A stretch of 64,000 bases of DNA from Alphaproteobacteria bacterium (GCA_030833925.1 JAURGE010000007.1:8048-72047), one strand, 5' to 3'. Positions 40,100-50,561 are shown, numbered from the stretch's first letter. The notes: a model not told the origin generated them from the letters alone. Made by a program: numbers and translations.

Positions 40100-40806
40100 T
40101 AGGCTGCAGCCTTAAATTGAGAAACATCAAATAATCTATCAGCAAAGCGATCTCGGGCTGTCTCGTCGTGGCAAATTGCAATAATCGCAGCGCCTCGGGA
40201 CTTCGCCTCCAAAATTAGCTCAATGGCCGACTCTCTATTGCTGGCATCAAGCGAGGCCGTTGGTTCATCGAGTAATAAAATTGGATAAGGCCTTACAAGC
40301 CCCATAGCGATATTTACTCTTTGCTGTTCACCACCCGAAAACGTTGCGGGAGGCACATTCCATAAATGTTCTGGAAGATTAAGCCGCCTTAGAAGAGCAC
40401 TGGACACCTCAATGGCGATCTCAGAAGACATTCCCCCCGAGATGGCAACCTCAGAAATAAGATCGATGGAGGAAATTCTTGGAATAACCCGGAGAAATTG
40501 GCTTACATAACCAATAGTTTCCCGTCGTATTTCAAGCTTTGTTCTTGCTTCAACAGAAGCTATGTCGACCCATTCACCATGATGTTTGACAAGAATTTCT
40601 CCTGCTGATGGGAGATAATTTGCATATAAGCTGCGAAGGAGAGTCGACTTTCCAGACCCAGAACTACCAATCAAAGCAACACATTCGCCGGCTGAAACTT
40701 CAAACGATATATCGTTAAAGACAGGGAGCTGAACACCACCACGCCCGTGCAGGGTAAATGTCTTGCGTAGATTTCGTACCTGCAACATCAAAGATTTTTG
40801 GGTCAT
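40099..40806 (-). CDS. phnL: C-P lyase system ATPase PhnL
   Basis: KTFTLH, GSSGSGKS, VSQFLRVIPR, PPATFSGGEQQR. Confidence 0.95.
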   Translation of the reverse strand: MTQKSLMLQVRNLRKTFTLHGRGGVQLPVFNDISFEVSAGECVALIGSSGSGKSTLLRSLYANYLPSAGEILVKHHGEWVDIASVEARTKLEIRRETIGYVSQFLRVIPRISSIDLISEVAISGGMSSEIAIEVSSALLRRLNLPEHLWNVPPATFSGGEQQRVNIAMGLVRPYPILLLDEPTASLDASNRESAIELILEAKSRGAAIIAICHDETARDRFADRLFDVSQFKAAA

Positions 40807-41579
40807 GCCTGTAGCACCGATGAAACGAGGAGTTGGCTGTAAGGATGTTGAGGATCATCAAGAACCTGGTCGGTTAACCCGGTTTCCACTACACGTCCCT
40901 GCCGCATCACCATCAATCGATCGGAGAGCAAGCGAACTACAGCAAGATCATGAGTGACGACAACAGCGGCAACGCCAAGGTCTCGGACTAAGCCTCGAAG
41001 AAGATCAAGCAGTCTTGCCTGCACAGAAACATCCAGTCCACCCGTCGGCTCATCCATAAAAATCAGACGTGGTTTTGACACGAGAATTCGGGCAATTTGG
41101 ACACGCTGCTGCATCCCGCCAGAAAAAGTACGAGGGAGATCATCAACACGTGATGAAGGTATCTCTACCCGGGTCAACCAATCGAGGGCCTCATTTCGGA
41201 TATTTCCGTAATTTCTAGCGCCCACAGCCATTAAACGCTCACCTACATTTCCGCCGGCAGACACATTCATCCGAAGGCCATCGCGCGGATTTTGGCGGAC
41301 AATGCCCCAGTCTGTCCGCATAAGAAGCCTTCGCTCGGGCTCCGACAAACTGAAAACATCCCTGAGTCCCTGTCCACCAACATCGAACCTAACAATGCCA
41401 TTCGACGGTTCGAGCATCCCAGATAGACACCCCAGCAGCGTTGACTTTCCAGAGCCTGATTCCCCAACAACGCCAAGCACCTCTCCAGGGTAAAGGCGAA
41501 AGGAAACGTCTTCACAACCGAGCTGACCACCAGGGTAAGAGTGACCAACCGACTCAGCTTCAAGTAACGCTTTCATCAT
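40803..41579 (-). CDS. phnK: C-P lyase system ATPase PhnK
   Basis: GESGSGKS, QNPRDGLRM, FSGGMQQR, DEPTGGLDVSVQARLLD. Confidence 0.96.
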   Translation of the reverse strand: MMKALLEAESVGHSYPGGQLGCEDVSFRLYPGEVLGVVGESGSGKSTLLGCLSGMLEPSNGIVRFDVGGQGLRDVFSLSEPERRLLMRTDWGIVRQNPRDGLRMNVSAGGNVGERLMAVGARNYGNIRNEALDWLTRVEIPSSRVDDLPRTFSGGMQQRVQIARILVSKPRLIFMDEPTGGLDVSVQARLLDLLRGLVRDLGVAAVVVTHDLAVVRLLSDRLMVMRQGRVVETGLTDQVLDDPQHPYSQLLVSSVLQA

Positions 41580-42496
41580 GCCTCTCCCTCCGAGGACACA
41601 AATCCAATGCTGGCCGCATCAGAGGCACGATGCCCAGCATGACCTGCGGCTCTGCGCTCACGACAATGATCACTGTCTGAACAAACAAACATGTGATCAC
41701 CTTTGTCATCCAAAATCACTTCATCAAGAAATACCCCTTCTGCGCCGCATAGGGCGCACGGGTCTTCAAATCTCTGGATTTCAAAAGGATGATCATCGAA
41801 GTCGAGGCTTCGGACACGAGTATACGGCGGTATCGCATAAATGCGTTTCTCTCGCCCAGCTCCAAACAATTGCAATGCAGGCATCATCGCCATCTTTGGG
41901 TTATCAAACTTAGGTATTGGCGATGGAGACATTATATGGCGGGCATTAACCTCAACTGGATAATCGTAGGTCGTTATAATCTCACCATGCCTAGAAATAT
42001 CCTCATAAAGCTTCACATGCATAAGGCCGTATTCGGAATACGCATGTAACTTTCTTGTTTCAACTTCACGAGGCTCAAGCTTCCAAAGCGGTTCAGGCTG
42101 CGGAACCTGATAAACAAGAATTTGATTTTCGGTTAACTGCTTTTCGGGAATTCTATGTCGTGTCTGGATGAGGGTCGCTTTTTGCGTTTCCTCCGTAGTC
42201 TTAACCCCCGAAACCCTCTGAAAAAAGCGCCGGATAGATACTGCATTCGTTGTATCGTCTGCACCTTGGTCAATAACTTTGAGTGTGTCGTCTTTACCAA
42301 TGATGGACGCTGTAATCTGGATGCCACCCGTTCCCCAGCCATAGGCCATAGGCATCTCTCGCCCCCCAAACGGAACCTGATATCCAGGGACAGCAATGGC
42401 TTTTAGAAGCGTCCTCCGGATCATTCGCTTCGTTTGCTCATCGAGATACGCAAAATTGTAGGTACCATCGACCGAATGAAACGCCTGAGAATTCAT
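41576..42496 (-). CDS. phnJ: C-P lyase radical SAM subunit
   Basis: YNFAYLDEQTKRMIRR, YGWGTGG, CALC...VCSDSDHC. Confidence 0.98.
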   Translation of the reverse strand: MNSQAFHSVDGTYNFAYLDEQTKRMIRRTLLKAIAVPGYQVPFGGREMPMAYGWGTGGIQITASIIGKDDTLKVIDQGADDTTNAVSIRRFFQRVSGVKTTEETQKATLIQTRHRIPEKQLTENQILVYQVPQPEPLWKLEPREVETRKLHAYSEYGLMHVKLYEDISRHGEIITTYDYPVEVNARHIMSPSPIPKFDNPKMAMMPALQLFGAGREKRIYAIPPYTRVRSLDFDDHPFEIQRFEDPCALCGAEGVFLDEVILDDKGDHMFVCSDSDHCRERRAAGHAGHRASDAASIGFVSSEGEA

Positions 42497-43587
42497 TCCG
42501 CAGCCTCCTGTCCCGGGGTTTTCAAAGCGTCAGCGCGCAGGCCGCGCAACATTGAAAGCTCAGACTGGAAATCAACGTAATGTGGTAATTTCAAATGGCT
42601 CACGAAGCCCGCAGCTTCGACGTTGTCGCTGTGCGCAAGCACAAATTCTTCGTCTTGCGGAGGATGGTCTCGGTCTTCACCCAATTCACTGGCTTTAAGC
42701 GCACGATCGACCAAGGCCATTGCCATAGTCTTTCGTTCTGACTGTCCAAAGGCGAGGCCATAACCCCGAGTGAACATGGGCTCAATACCCTTCGCACCTT
42801 GGAATTGGTTTATCATCTGGCATTCAGTTACTTCGATGGTTCCGATCGAAATTGGGAACCCTAGCTCAGGTGGGGTAAAAACCACTTCGACAAAGCCCAT
42901 CCTAATTTCCCCGACAAAAGGATGGTTACGACCATAACCTCGCTGCGTCGCATAACCGAGTGCGAGAACAAAACCCTCATCGCCTCGGAATAAATTTTGA
43001 AGTCTCTGGTCCCGATCCGCAGGAAACGACATTGGCTGTCTGCCTAAATCAAATGGCTCCGCCTCTGGTTCAGATCTCGTCTCCGCTTGCATAAGACCCT
43101 GAGCACCTAAAATATCAGTTACACGCGGCATAGTTGGATCGGTGGCTGTGGCCTCTGGCGCTACCCGCTCAGCTTGGTCTGATTTAGCAAGACCAAAATC
43201 CAAAAGCCGATGCGTGTAATCATATGTGGGACCCAATATCTGGCCACCTGGCACATCTTTAAAAGCTGCAGAAATACGCCGGCGGATAATCATCTTGGAC
43301 GTGTCTATTGGCTGGGTGGCACCAAATCGCGGCAGTGTTGTGCGAAAGGCCCTAAGAAGAAAAATCGCTTCAACCATATCCCCTTGGGCCTGTTTTATGG
43401 CTAGCGCCGCTAAGTCTGGATCGTAGAGCGATCCTTCTGTCATAACGCGATCGACAGCCCGTCCAAGTTGATTTCGCACCTGGTCGATAGCAAGCTCAGG
43501 AACGGAAGTATCTCCTCTCCTTTCCTCAGCAATCAACCCGTGCGTGGCTTCAATGGCGGCCTCTCCGCCTTTCGTTGCGACGTACAT
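42493..43587 (-). CDS. phnI: C-P lyase complex subunit PhnI
   Basis: MYVATKGGEAAI, PGGQILGPTYDY, HLKLPHYVDFQ. Confidence 0.97.
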   Translation of the reverse strand: MYVATKGGEAAIEATHGLIAEERRGDTSVPELAIDQVRNQLGRAVDRVMTEGSLYDPDLAALAIKQAQGDMVEAIFLLRAFRTTLPRFGATQPIDTSKMIIRRRISAAFKDVPGGQILGPTYDYTHRLLDFGLAKSDQAERVAPEATATDPTMPRVTDILGAQGLMQAETRSEPEAEPFDLGRQPMSFPADRDQRLQNLFRGDEGFVLALGYATQRGYGRNHPFVGEIRMGFVEVVFTPPELGFPISIGTIEVTECQMINQFQGAKGIEPMFTRGYGLAFGQSERKTMAMALVDRALKASELGEDRDHPPQDEEFVLAHSDNVEAAGFVSHLKLPHYVDFQSELSMLRGLRADALKTPGQEAAE

Positions 43588-43591
43588 AGTG

Positions 43592-44179
43592 TCAGACCTC
43601 CAAAGTGTGAGCAGACACGCTACGTGGCAGAGCTAATGCTAAGTTGCCTGTAAAAAGGCAGACATCAAACCCAAGTGGGTAGAGTGCATTATTTGTTGCC
43701 CAGGCCGCCCAAAAGCTTGCAACTTCAAGCATTGGCTCAATTCTACGTTTTCCCTTGATCCCCGGACCGGATATTTCGATCACGGGACCTTTTGAAAGGC
43801 TCTGGCAGGCAACTAATAACGTTGCTGATCTATCTGGATATTTATCGGTGCCAATTTTGAATTGCTGGAAGGGAGCCGACTCAGGATCGAGAATAATGGC
43901 AAAATCAGCTTCATTTGGCTGAGAGGTTATTCGACAACCCGCATGGAAGTTTAAGTATCGTATGGTTTCTGGGTCTTCTTTATCCAGCCAAATGGATACA
44001 TCGTTGTCTAAAAGTGTAAGGCATGCAGCAGCTAGCGAAGATGGCCAGCCGGTGGGCGCCTCTTGAGGGCCCTGGACTTCTACTATGCGACCAGGGAATG
44101 AGAATGCCTCCATGATTGAACGAAAAGCAGACTGCGCACCAAATACAGGCTGTGAAAAGCCGGTGGCTATATGTGTCAT
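43592..44179 (-). CDS. phnH: C-P lyase complex subunit PhnH
   Basis: AQSAFRSIM, LTLLD, GTDKYPDRSAT, LPRS. Confidence 0.94.
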   Translation of the reverse strand: MTHIATGFSQPVFGAQSAFRSIMEAFSFPGRIVEVQGPQEAPTGWPSSLAAACLTLLDNDVSIWLDKEDPETIRYLNFHAGCRITSQPNEADFAIILDPESAPFQQFKIGTDKYPDRSATLLVACQSLSKGPVIEISGPGIKGKRRIEPMLEVASFWAAWATNNALYPLGFDVCLFTGNLALALPRSVSAHTLEV

Positions 44180-44182
44180 GAC

Positions 44183-44656
44183 TTAACTTTCCGCCCTAAC
44201 CATAGTGAAGAAATCGACCTTTGTAGCACCAGCCTTCCGTCGAGATTTTAGGTGTCTCTCTTTTTCTTCACTCCGAAGAGGCTCGATAACTTTTGCCCAA
44301 ATCTCGTCGCGCCGCGACGTTTGCAGGAGGGCATCACAAATAGCTGCGGCTTTTGCCTTCTCAATGTCTCTCCCTTGGACGTAAGCATGCCCAACAACAT
44401 CTGGGAGCGATTCCATCGTGATTGCGCACCGGGTGACACTCATCTCACCCACAGAAAACATTTGCCCTGTTCCACCAGCTCTACCGCGTGTCATTACAGC
44501 GCCTACTTCAGGCTGTCTTAGCCAACGAAAATCTGGTGGGTCACTTATGGTATCAAAACACTTAGCTAAGGACTGAGCATGTGCCCTGGCCAGCACGCCC
44601 ATCCATTCAGCCCGGTCTGCATTAGGATTTTTCTCAAGGTCGGAATTGGACGACAT
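44183..44656 (-). CDS. phnG: C-P lyase complex subunit PhnG
   Basis: RAEWMGVLA, RGRAGGTG, GEMSVTRC, ATKVDFFTMVR. Confidence 0.95.
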   Translation of the reverse strand: MSSNSDLEKNPNADRAEWMGVLARAHAQSLAKCFDTISDPPDFRWLRQPEVGAVMTRGRAGGTGQMFSVGEMSVTRCAITMESLPDVVGHAYVQGRDIEKAKAAAICDALLQTSRRDEIWAKVIEPLRSEEKERHLKSRRKAGATKVDFFTMVRAES

Positions 44657-44672
44657 CGAACACCCTCATATT

Positions 44673-44689
44673 TGTCTAGACATCTAGAT
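44673..44689. promoter_or_regulatory. Putative PhnF (HutC-type GntR) operator
   Basis: Palindrome TGTCTAGACA overlapping a second palindrome ATCTAGAT, between phnG and phnF. Confidence 0.65.
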
Positions 44690-44734
44690 ATGTTGAAGGT
44701 AACTACAAGTTGATCCTGTGTAAACCGGAAAAAG

Positions 44735-44752
44735 AAGACAGTTATATGACAA
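44735..44752 (-). promoter_or_regulatory. Putative Pho box driving phnG-M
   Basis: Minus strand reads TTGTCAT-ATAA-CTGTCTT, close to the CTGTCAT-N4-CTGTCAY consensus. Confidence 0.65.
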
Positions 44753-45489
44753 TTGATGAAACCACTCCGGAAAACCTTTCTCGCGGAAATGGGGAGGCCC
44801 TTTGGAAGCAGATCGCGTTGGCACTTGAGAATGATATAAGATGTGGAACATTCTCAGGGGGTGGCCATAGATTACCTACAGAACAGACCCTAACGACACG
44901 CTTTGCAGTCAATCGCCATACCGTCCGGCGTGCAATCCAAGCTCTGGCTGAAAAAGGACTAGTTCGGACAGAGCAAGGCCGAGGCGTATTCGTAAACGCT
45001 GAAATGGTGGAATATCCCTTGGGCCGTCGTGTCCGATTTAGCGAAAGTCTCACTGCACAACAAAAAGCACCAAAGGGGCAAATTCTGCATGTCGCTCGCG
45101 TTCAGGCGCCGATAGATGCAAGAGAGGCCTTGGAACTAGAAACCCGCGATAAAGCGTGGCGAGTCGATCGCCTAGGTTTCAGCGAAGACCGTCCAATAAC
45201 TCTTTCTTCGCACTATTTTAGCTATCATCGCTTCCCAAAGCTGGCTGAGGCGTTTCACGAAAATGACTCGATTACAAAAGCTCTCAAACTCTCTGGAGTG
45301 ACCGACTATGAACGGAGAGAAACACGAATTCATGCACGCCCTGCCACAGCCGAAGAAACACGCATTTTAGAATTACCCAGGGGACGGCCAGTTCTCGTTA
45401 CTGAGGGAATTAATATTGATAGCAATGCATTACCCGTTGAATTTAGTATCGCGAGATTTGCAGCCGATAGAGTTCAACTAGTCACATAA
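44746..45489 (+). CDS. phnF: Phosphonate metabolism regulator (GntR HTH plus UTRA)
   Basis: LWKQIA, LPTE, RFAVNRHTVRRA, RVRFSE; divergent from phnG. Confidence 0.93.
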   Translation: MTIDETTPENLSRGNGEALWKQIALALENDIRCGTFSGGGHRLPTEQTLTTRFAVNRHTVRRAIQALAEKGLVRTEQGRGVFVNAEMVEYPLGRRVRFSESLTAQQKAPKGQILHVARVQAPIDAREALELETRDKAWRVDRLGFSEDRPITLSSHYFSYHRFPKLAEAFHENDSITKALKLSGVTDYERRETRIHARPATAEETRILELPRGRPVLVTEGINIDSNALPVEFSIARFAADRVQLVT

Positions 45490-45559
45490 AACACTTCGAA
45501 CATGGTAAGGCCCATTCGATGTCTGTGGTCTGTTTATAACTTATCCATAAAAGCACTTG

Positions 45560-46330
45560 TTACCTGAAGCCTCCGCCTCCATTCACATAGACCGTATCAG
45601 CCGTCATATAACTGCAAGCATCCGAACACATAAAAAGCACTAACTCGCCGATTTCGTCGGGCCGCCCAAGCCTTCCCATCGGCACGTCAGCAAGAGCCCG
45701 TTTCCGAGCTTCATCATTCCCACCGGCAGTGTCCTCAAAGGGGGTATCAATTGGACCAGGTGAGATGGAAAGAACACGGATACCTCGGTCGGCAAACTCT
45801 CGAGCGACACCCATTGTGAGTGTAACCACAGCGCCCTTTGATGCGGCGTAGGGAATTAGCCCGCCAGCCCCTCCTCGCCTGTGGGACATCGATGCGGCAT
45901 TCACGATTACTCCTCTTCCCTGAGCAAGCATATGAGGCAGAACTTCCTGCATACAATAAAATACACCGGTCGCATTTATCGCCATTGCACCCGTCCAAAG
46001 CTCATCGTCAATGTCCAAAAAGGATGCACGTCTTAGTGCTGCCCCTGCACAATTGAATTGAAAATCCAAACCGCCAAATTCGTTTATGGCTTTAGCTATT
46101 GAGTCTTTTACCGACGCTCGGTCTGTAACGTCCGTCTTAATTGCGAGAGCATTACTCCCTAATTTTCGAACTGCATCCGCTGTATCTTCCGCCCCAATTA
46201 AATTCACATCGGTGGCAACGACATTAGCACCTTCGCGAGCAAAAATGAGCGCAGTCTCTCGACCGATCCCACTTGCAGCTCCTGTTATTATTATTGTTTT
46301 ATCGACGAACTCATCAGGTGACCTGGGCAT
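45560..46330 (-). CDS. Short-chain dehydrogenase/reductase
   Basis: TGAASGIG, YAASKG, PGPIDT; ATG 46330 after AGGA. Confidence 0.9.
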   Translation of the reverse strand: MPRSPDEFVDKTIIITGAASGIGRETALIFAREGANVVATDVNLIGAEDTADAVRKLGSNALAIKTDVTDRASVKDSIAKAINEFGGLDFQFNCAGAALRRASFLDIDDELWTGAMAINATGVFYCMQEVLPHMLAQGRGVIVNAASMSHRRGGAGGLIPYAASKGAVVTLTMGVAREFADRGIRVLSISPGPIDTPFEDTAGGNDEARKRALADVPMGRLGRPDEIGELVLFMCSDACSYMTADTVYVNGGGGFR

Positions 46331-46387
46331 TTTTACCGTCCTGACATTCAAGGTCGCTGTTTAAAATCTCTGGAGACAGCCCCTGCA

Positions 46388-47785
46388 TCAGCCATCTTCT
46401 TGAAGTTGTTCATGATCAGCCGAAGCAGGTCCCGCAATCCGTTGATCAGTAGCTGGGTCATCTTCGCCTGGCACGTGTACAACTACATAATCCAAGCCCT
46501 CGCGTTTAACTGGCATAGTTGCATCCAGACCCATTTTGTCGGAGATGCCATCCTGTGCTGAAGGATCGAGCTTTGAACCCAGACTTGATTTTAGGATCAC
46601 TAAGTCCTTTGATGCCTGAAAGCGTGTTGCAACAGCCCATTCGACTGCCGTTGGGTCATGCACATCCACATCTTCATCAACCACAACGACCTGTTTGATA
46701 TCAGCATGGGCGCTAAACGCCCCAGCAATCACATTCTTTGCCTCCCCCTCATGCCGCTTTTTGATCTGCACAAAAAGATGGTACCGACACACGCCGCCAA
46801 GAGAGAGATGAACATCAATCACGTTGGGAAAACTTCGCTGGAGCAAAGCCACAATAGTGGCTTCCCGCGGTATTGCCCCCAAAAGGAGATGCTCCATACC
46901 TGCAGACACAATTGTATGAAACATCGGCTTTGAGCGAGTAGTTATAGCATCGACTTCAATAACCTCACGATCACCGGCCGGACCGTAATACTGAGGAAAC
47001 TCAGCAAATGGCCCCTCTGATTCCCTCACTTTTGGCAAAAGCCGTCCTTCTATGACGACTTCGGCATCCGCCGGGACCCGAACTTCGTTTGAAACACACT
47101 TAACGACGCGTAAAGGATGTCCGTGAAGAGCACCTGCAATTTCTAACTCATCGAAATCGATTGGCACAATCGCCTGAGAGGCCAGCAAGGTAGCAGGATC
47201 AACACCGATGGCGACCGCAACCTCCAGAACGTCCCCCTGGTTCTCAGCAGCTTGATAGAAGTTGTGAAGGTGGCGGGGGAGCATAAGAATGCCCATTCGA
47301 TCTTTAGTGGAGATTTGAAGTCTGTTGATTGAAACGTTTTGGATTCCAGTTCTCGGATTGCGGGCAATTACAAGACCAGCTGATATATAAGGACCGCTAT
47401 CGTGCTCATTGTGGAGAGGTATAGGAAGATCACGAAGAAGGTCGGGATCCCTTATAATGGTTTGCTGAACTGGAGCATTTGATATCTCTTCTGACTTTAT
47501 AGGTGCATCCACAGCTTGGCGGAAGGCGCTGAGGACCTCGCCCGGCTCAACACCAAGCGCCTCCGCCACCCAGCTCCTTTGCGCTAATAAATTAGCTATT
47601 ACCGGCACCGATGGTGCATTAGCGCCACCCCGTTTTGGGGACGGAAATAAAACTGCCTTCGAACCATCTTGACGCTTTGCGACTGCTGCCACCTCGAAAT
47701 CAAGATCAACCCCTGACTCAGCAAGCATTAAACGATCAGTTTCCGCAAGATGACGGAGCCAGCTCCGCAATGTCCGATACGCCAT
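46388..47785 (-). CDS. UbiD-family prenylated-FMN (de)carboxylase
   Basis: DSGPYI, NVSINR, EGPFAEFPQYY, VVVDEDVD, LDPS; ATG 47785 after GGAG. Confidence 0.92.
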   Translation of the reverse strand: MAYRTLRSWLRHLAETDRLMLAESGVDLDFEVAAVAKRQDGSKAVLFPSPKRGGANAPSVPVIANLLAQRSWVAEALGVEPGEVLSAFRQAVDAPIKSEEISNAPVQQTIIRDPDLLRDLPIPLHNEHDSGPYISAGLVIARNPRTGIQNVSINRLQISTKDRMGILMLPRHLHNFYQAAENQGDVLEVAVAIGVDPATLLASQAIVPIDFDELEIAGALHGHPLRVVKCVSNEVRVPADAEVVIEGRLLPKVRESEGPFAEFPQYYGPAGDREVIEVDAITTRSKPMFHTIVSAGMEHLLLGAIPREATIVALLQRSFPNVIDVHLSLGGVCRYHLFVQIKKRHEGEAKNVIAGAFSAHADIKQVVVVDEDVDVHDPTAVEWAVATRFQASKDLVILKSSLGSKLDPSAQDGISDKMGLDATMPVKREGLDYVVVHVPGEDDPATDQRIAGPASADHEQLQEDG

Positions 47786-47876
47786 GTCACACTCCCAGGT
47801 GCTTAAGCCAAGAACTAAGTTGCCGGCCAGCATTGAGCCGTCTCGATGTCAGGATCGCAAGAGCCAAGGACACAAA

Positions 47877-48257
47877 ATGCCAATTTTGTATAAACAAAAT
47901 ATTGGATTTAAGAGCGCTATAACCCGTGGGTTACGAAGGCGCTGCCCTTGTTGCGGAGAGGGAAACGCCTTTCGCGGTTACCTCCGACCGGTAGAAATGT
48001 GTGCTGTATGCAATACACAACTAGGAAGTATTCGAGCCGATGATTTTCCTCCTTATTTAACCATATTTTTGGTAGGGCACATTGTTGTCCCTCTCGCATT
48101 AATTGCGGAGCAAAACTGGTCTTGGTCTATCCAGCTTCACATGTGGATTTGGTTACCACTTACCCTGGCGCTCCTTCTGGTCATCCTGCCATTTATGAAA
48201 GGTGCTGCAATTGGGTTAATGTGGCGGCTGGGTCTAAAAGGTGATGAACAACATTGA
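47877..48257 (+). CDS. DUF983 membrane protein
   Basis: [23 protein letters not shown], two TM helices. Confidence 0.85.
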   Translation: MPILYKQNIGFKSAITRGLRRRCPCCGEGNAFRGYLRPVEMCAVCNTQLGSIRADDFPPYLTIFLVGHIVVPLALIAEQNWSWSIQLHMWIWLPLTLALLLVILPFMKGAAIGLMWRLGLKGDEQH

Positions 48258-48706
48258 ATGAAAAAATTCCATTCTGGCAGAACAAAAGCCTGCAGGAGAT
48301 GAGCAGAGAGGAGTGGGAATCTCTTTGCGATGGCTGTGGCAAATGCTGCCTTTTAAAGGTGGAGTATGTAGATACAGGAGAAATTCTTCCTACTTCTGTC
48401 GCTTGCAAGTTGCTAGATTTAAACAGCTGCCGCTGTCAAAACTACTCAAATCGCAAGCGATTTGTTCCTGATTGCATAGACCTCCGAGAAAAAAATCTGT
48501 CGTCCTTACCCTGGCTACCACAAACCTGTGCTTATCGGCTCATAGACGAAGGAAAAGATCTACAATGGTGGCATCCACTAGTTTCAGGATCTTCAAAAAC
48601 TGTCCATGAAGCTGGTATATCTGTTCGCCATAAGGTCATTTCTGAAGATGACCTCGATGATTTAGATGAAGACCTGCCAAATTATGTCGTTGACTGGACC
48701 TTATGA
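48254..48706 (+). CDS. ycgN: YcgN/UPF0260 cysteine-cluster protein
   Basis: [35 protein letters not shown]. Confidence 0.92.
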   Translation: MNEKIPFWQNKSLQEMSREEWESLCDGCGKCCLLKVEYVDTGEILPTSVACKLLDLNSCRCQNYSNRKRFVPDCIDLREKNLSSLPWLPQTCAYRLIDEGKDLQWWHPLVSGSSKTVHEAGISVRHKVISEDDLDDLDEDLPNYVVDWTL

Positions 48707-49391
48707 GCATCTGCCACTTGCAAACGGTGACATAGCACCAGTCCATATTCGCGTTGACGGCCGGGCAAAACGTATTTCGTTAAAGGTCGAAAAAATCGGC
48801 GGCCTCGTTACTTTAACGGCGCCAAGCGAGGCTAAATTACCAGAAGCACGTCGCTTCATGAGTAAGCGCACGCGTTGGATTGCAGAACGGCGAGCTGAAG
48901 CTCATGAAATTACGCCTTTTGAACCAGGGTCGGTTGTCCCATTCCTCGGTAGAATGCGCCGGATCGTTCAAGACAAGAGTGCCAAAGACCCTTTGGTAGT
49001 CTTTGGAGACCAGATACTCGTTGGGGGACCAGGCTCCTCTGTGAAATCTGCCATATATCGGTTCTTTAAGGCTGAAGCTCTAAGGCGCTTAATTGCATCA
49101 ACAAGCAAATATGCAGCCAAGTCAGGCGTAACAGTAAAACGCGTTTCTATCCGTGATGCAAAAACTCGCTGGGGAAGCTGCTCAGCCGACGGGCGTCTTT
49201 CCTTCTCTTGGCGCCTAGTAATGGCTCCAGAACACGTGCTGGATTATGTCGCTGCTCACGAAGTCGCTCATCTTCAACACATGAACCATAGCCCTGAATA
49301 CTGGACCCACCTGGCAGGATTGTTTCCTGAATTTAAGGTTGCCGAGAGTTGGCTGAAGGAAAACGGCCCTAGCCTTAGAAGCTACGGTTAA
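48684..49391 (+). CDS. YgjP/DUF45 (M48-like) zinc metallohydrolase
   Basis: [25 protein letters not shown]. Confidence 0.9.
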   Translation: MSLTGPYEHLPLANGDIAPVHIRVDGRAKRISLKVEKIGGLVTLTAPSEAKLPEARRFMSKRTRWIAERRAEAHEITPFEPGSVVPFLGRMRRIVQDKSAKDPLVVFGDQILVGGPGSSVKSAIYRFFKAEALRRLIASTSKYAAKSGVTVKRVSIRDAKTRWGSCSADGRLSFSWRLVMAPEHVLDYVAAHEVAHLQHMNHSPEYWTHLAGLFPEFKVAESWLKENGPSLRSYG

Positions 49392-49414
49392 AGTGCCGTT
49401 TAGAAAGGACCTTC

Positions 49415-50494
49415 ATGAAAAAGCATATTGTAATCGCTGGAGCCCTGGGCACAGTTGGAAGAGCAGCACTTGAACATTTTGACAAGCTAGATGATTGGGA
49501 AGTAACCGCGCTTTCCCGCCGACCTCCCGATTTTGAAAATCGGGCTAATTGGATATCCGTAGATCTTCAAGATCCAATCGATTGCCATTCAAAACTTGTT
49601 GGGCTCAAAGGCATTACACATATTGCCTATGCTGCTGTTTATGAAATGCCAGAAGTAGCCCGTGGCTGGCTAACCCAGGAGCATGCTGACGTAAATCTGT
49701 CCATGCTTCAGAACCTGTTTCGGCCGTTATTTGAAGCTTCACCAGACATACGCCACATTTCCATTCTACAAGGAACCAAGGCCTACGGGGGTCACCTTGG
49801 CCCATTTAAGCAGCCCGCCAAAGAAAATGACCCCCGTTATATGCCTCCCAACTTCTATTACTTACAAACGGATTGGCTTGCAGAAGAACGAATTAAAACG
49901 GGTGCTAAGTGGCGTTGGACTGTCCTGCGCCCTCAGATTGTTTGCGGACTTGCTATTGGGAGTCCAATGAACGTTATTGCTGGCCTAGGTGTATTTGCAG
50001 CGATTTCCAGAGAATACGGCATGCCTCTTCGCTTTCCAGGTGGAGATGCAAGGATCGGTGAGGCAACTGATGCTCGGATTATCGCAAAGGCTATCGAGTG
50101 GGCCGCTTCAGATCATCGAGCAGCCGACCAGGTCTTCAACATAACAAATGGTGATGTTTATCAATGGGAGGTTATTTGGCCCCACATAGCGAAGCTGTTC
50201 GATATGGAAGTGGGCGTTCGTCACCCAATATCCCTAGCGCGAACAATGCCTGCCAATGCACATTTATGGCCAAAAATTGCAAAAAAGCATGGCCTTGCTC
50301 AGTACACTTATGAACAAATGGTCCCGAGTTGGGGATTTATCGACTTTGTTCTAGGGCACGGCCAGCGCCCCAATCCACATCATATGAGCACAATCAAAGC
50401 CCGAAAAGCAGGTTTTCATGAATGCATCGACACTGAGGAGATGTTTGTAGAGCTGATCCAAGAGATGCAGGCTCGAAAATATTTACCTTACTAA
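49415..50494 (+). CDS. Extended SDR, PRISE (progesterone 5-beta-reductase-like) type
   Basis: GALGTVG, QGTKAYG, NFYY, FNITNGD. Confidence 0.82.
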   Translation: MKKHIVIAGALGTVGRAALEHFDKLDDWEVTALSRRPPDFENRANWISVDLQDPIDCHSKLVGLKGITHIAYAAVYEMPEVARGWLTQEHADVNLSMLQNLFRPLFEASPDIRHISILQGTKAYGGHLGPFKQPAKENDPRYMPPNFYYLQTDWLAEERIKTGAKWRWTVLRPQIVCGLAIGSPMNVIAGLGVFAAISREYGMPLRFPGGDARIGEATDARIIAKAIEWAASDHRAADQVFNITNGDVYQWEVIWPHIAKLFDMEVGVRHPISLARTMPANAHLWPKIAKKHGLAQYTYEQMVPSWGFIDFVLGHGQRPNPHHMSTIKARKAGFHECIDTEEMFVELIQEMQARKYLPY

Positions 50495-50561
50495 AATTAA
50501 TGTAATTTTTTAATTTTTTTTTATATCTTACTGTCAAACAAAAGAATATTTACCTCTTTTT

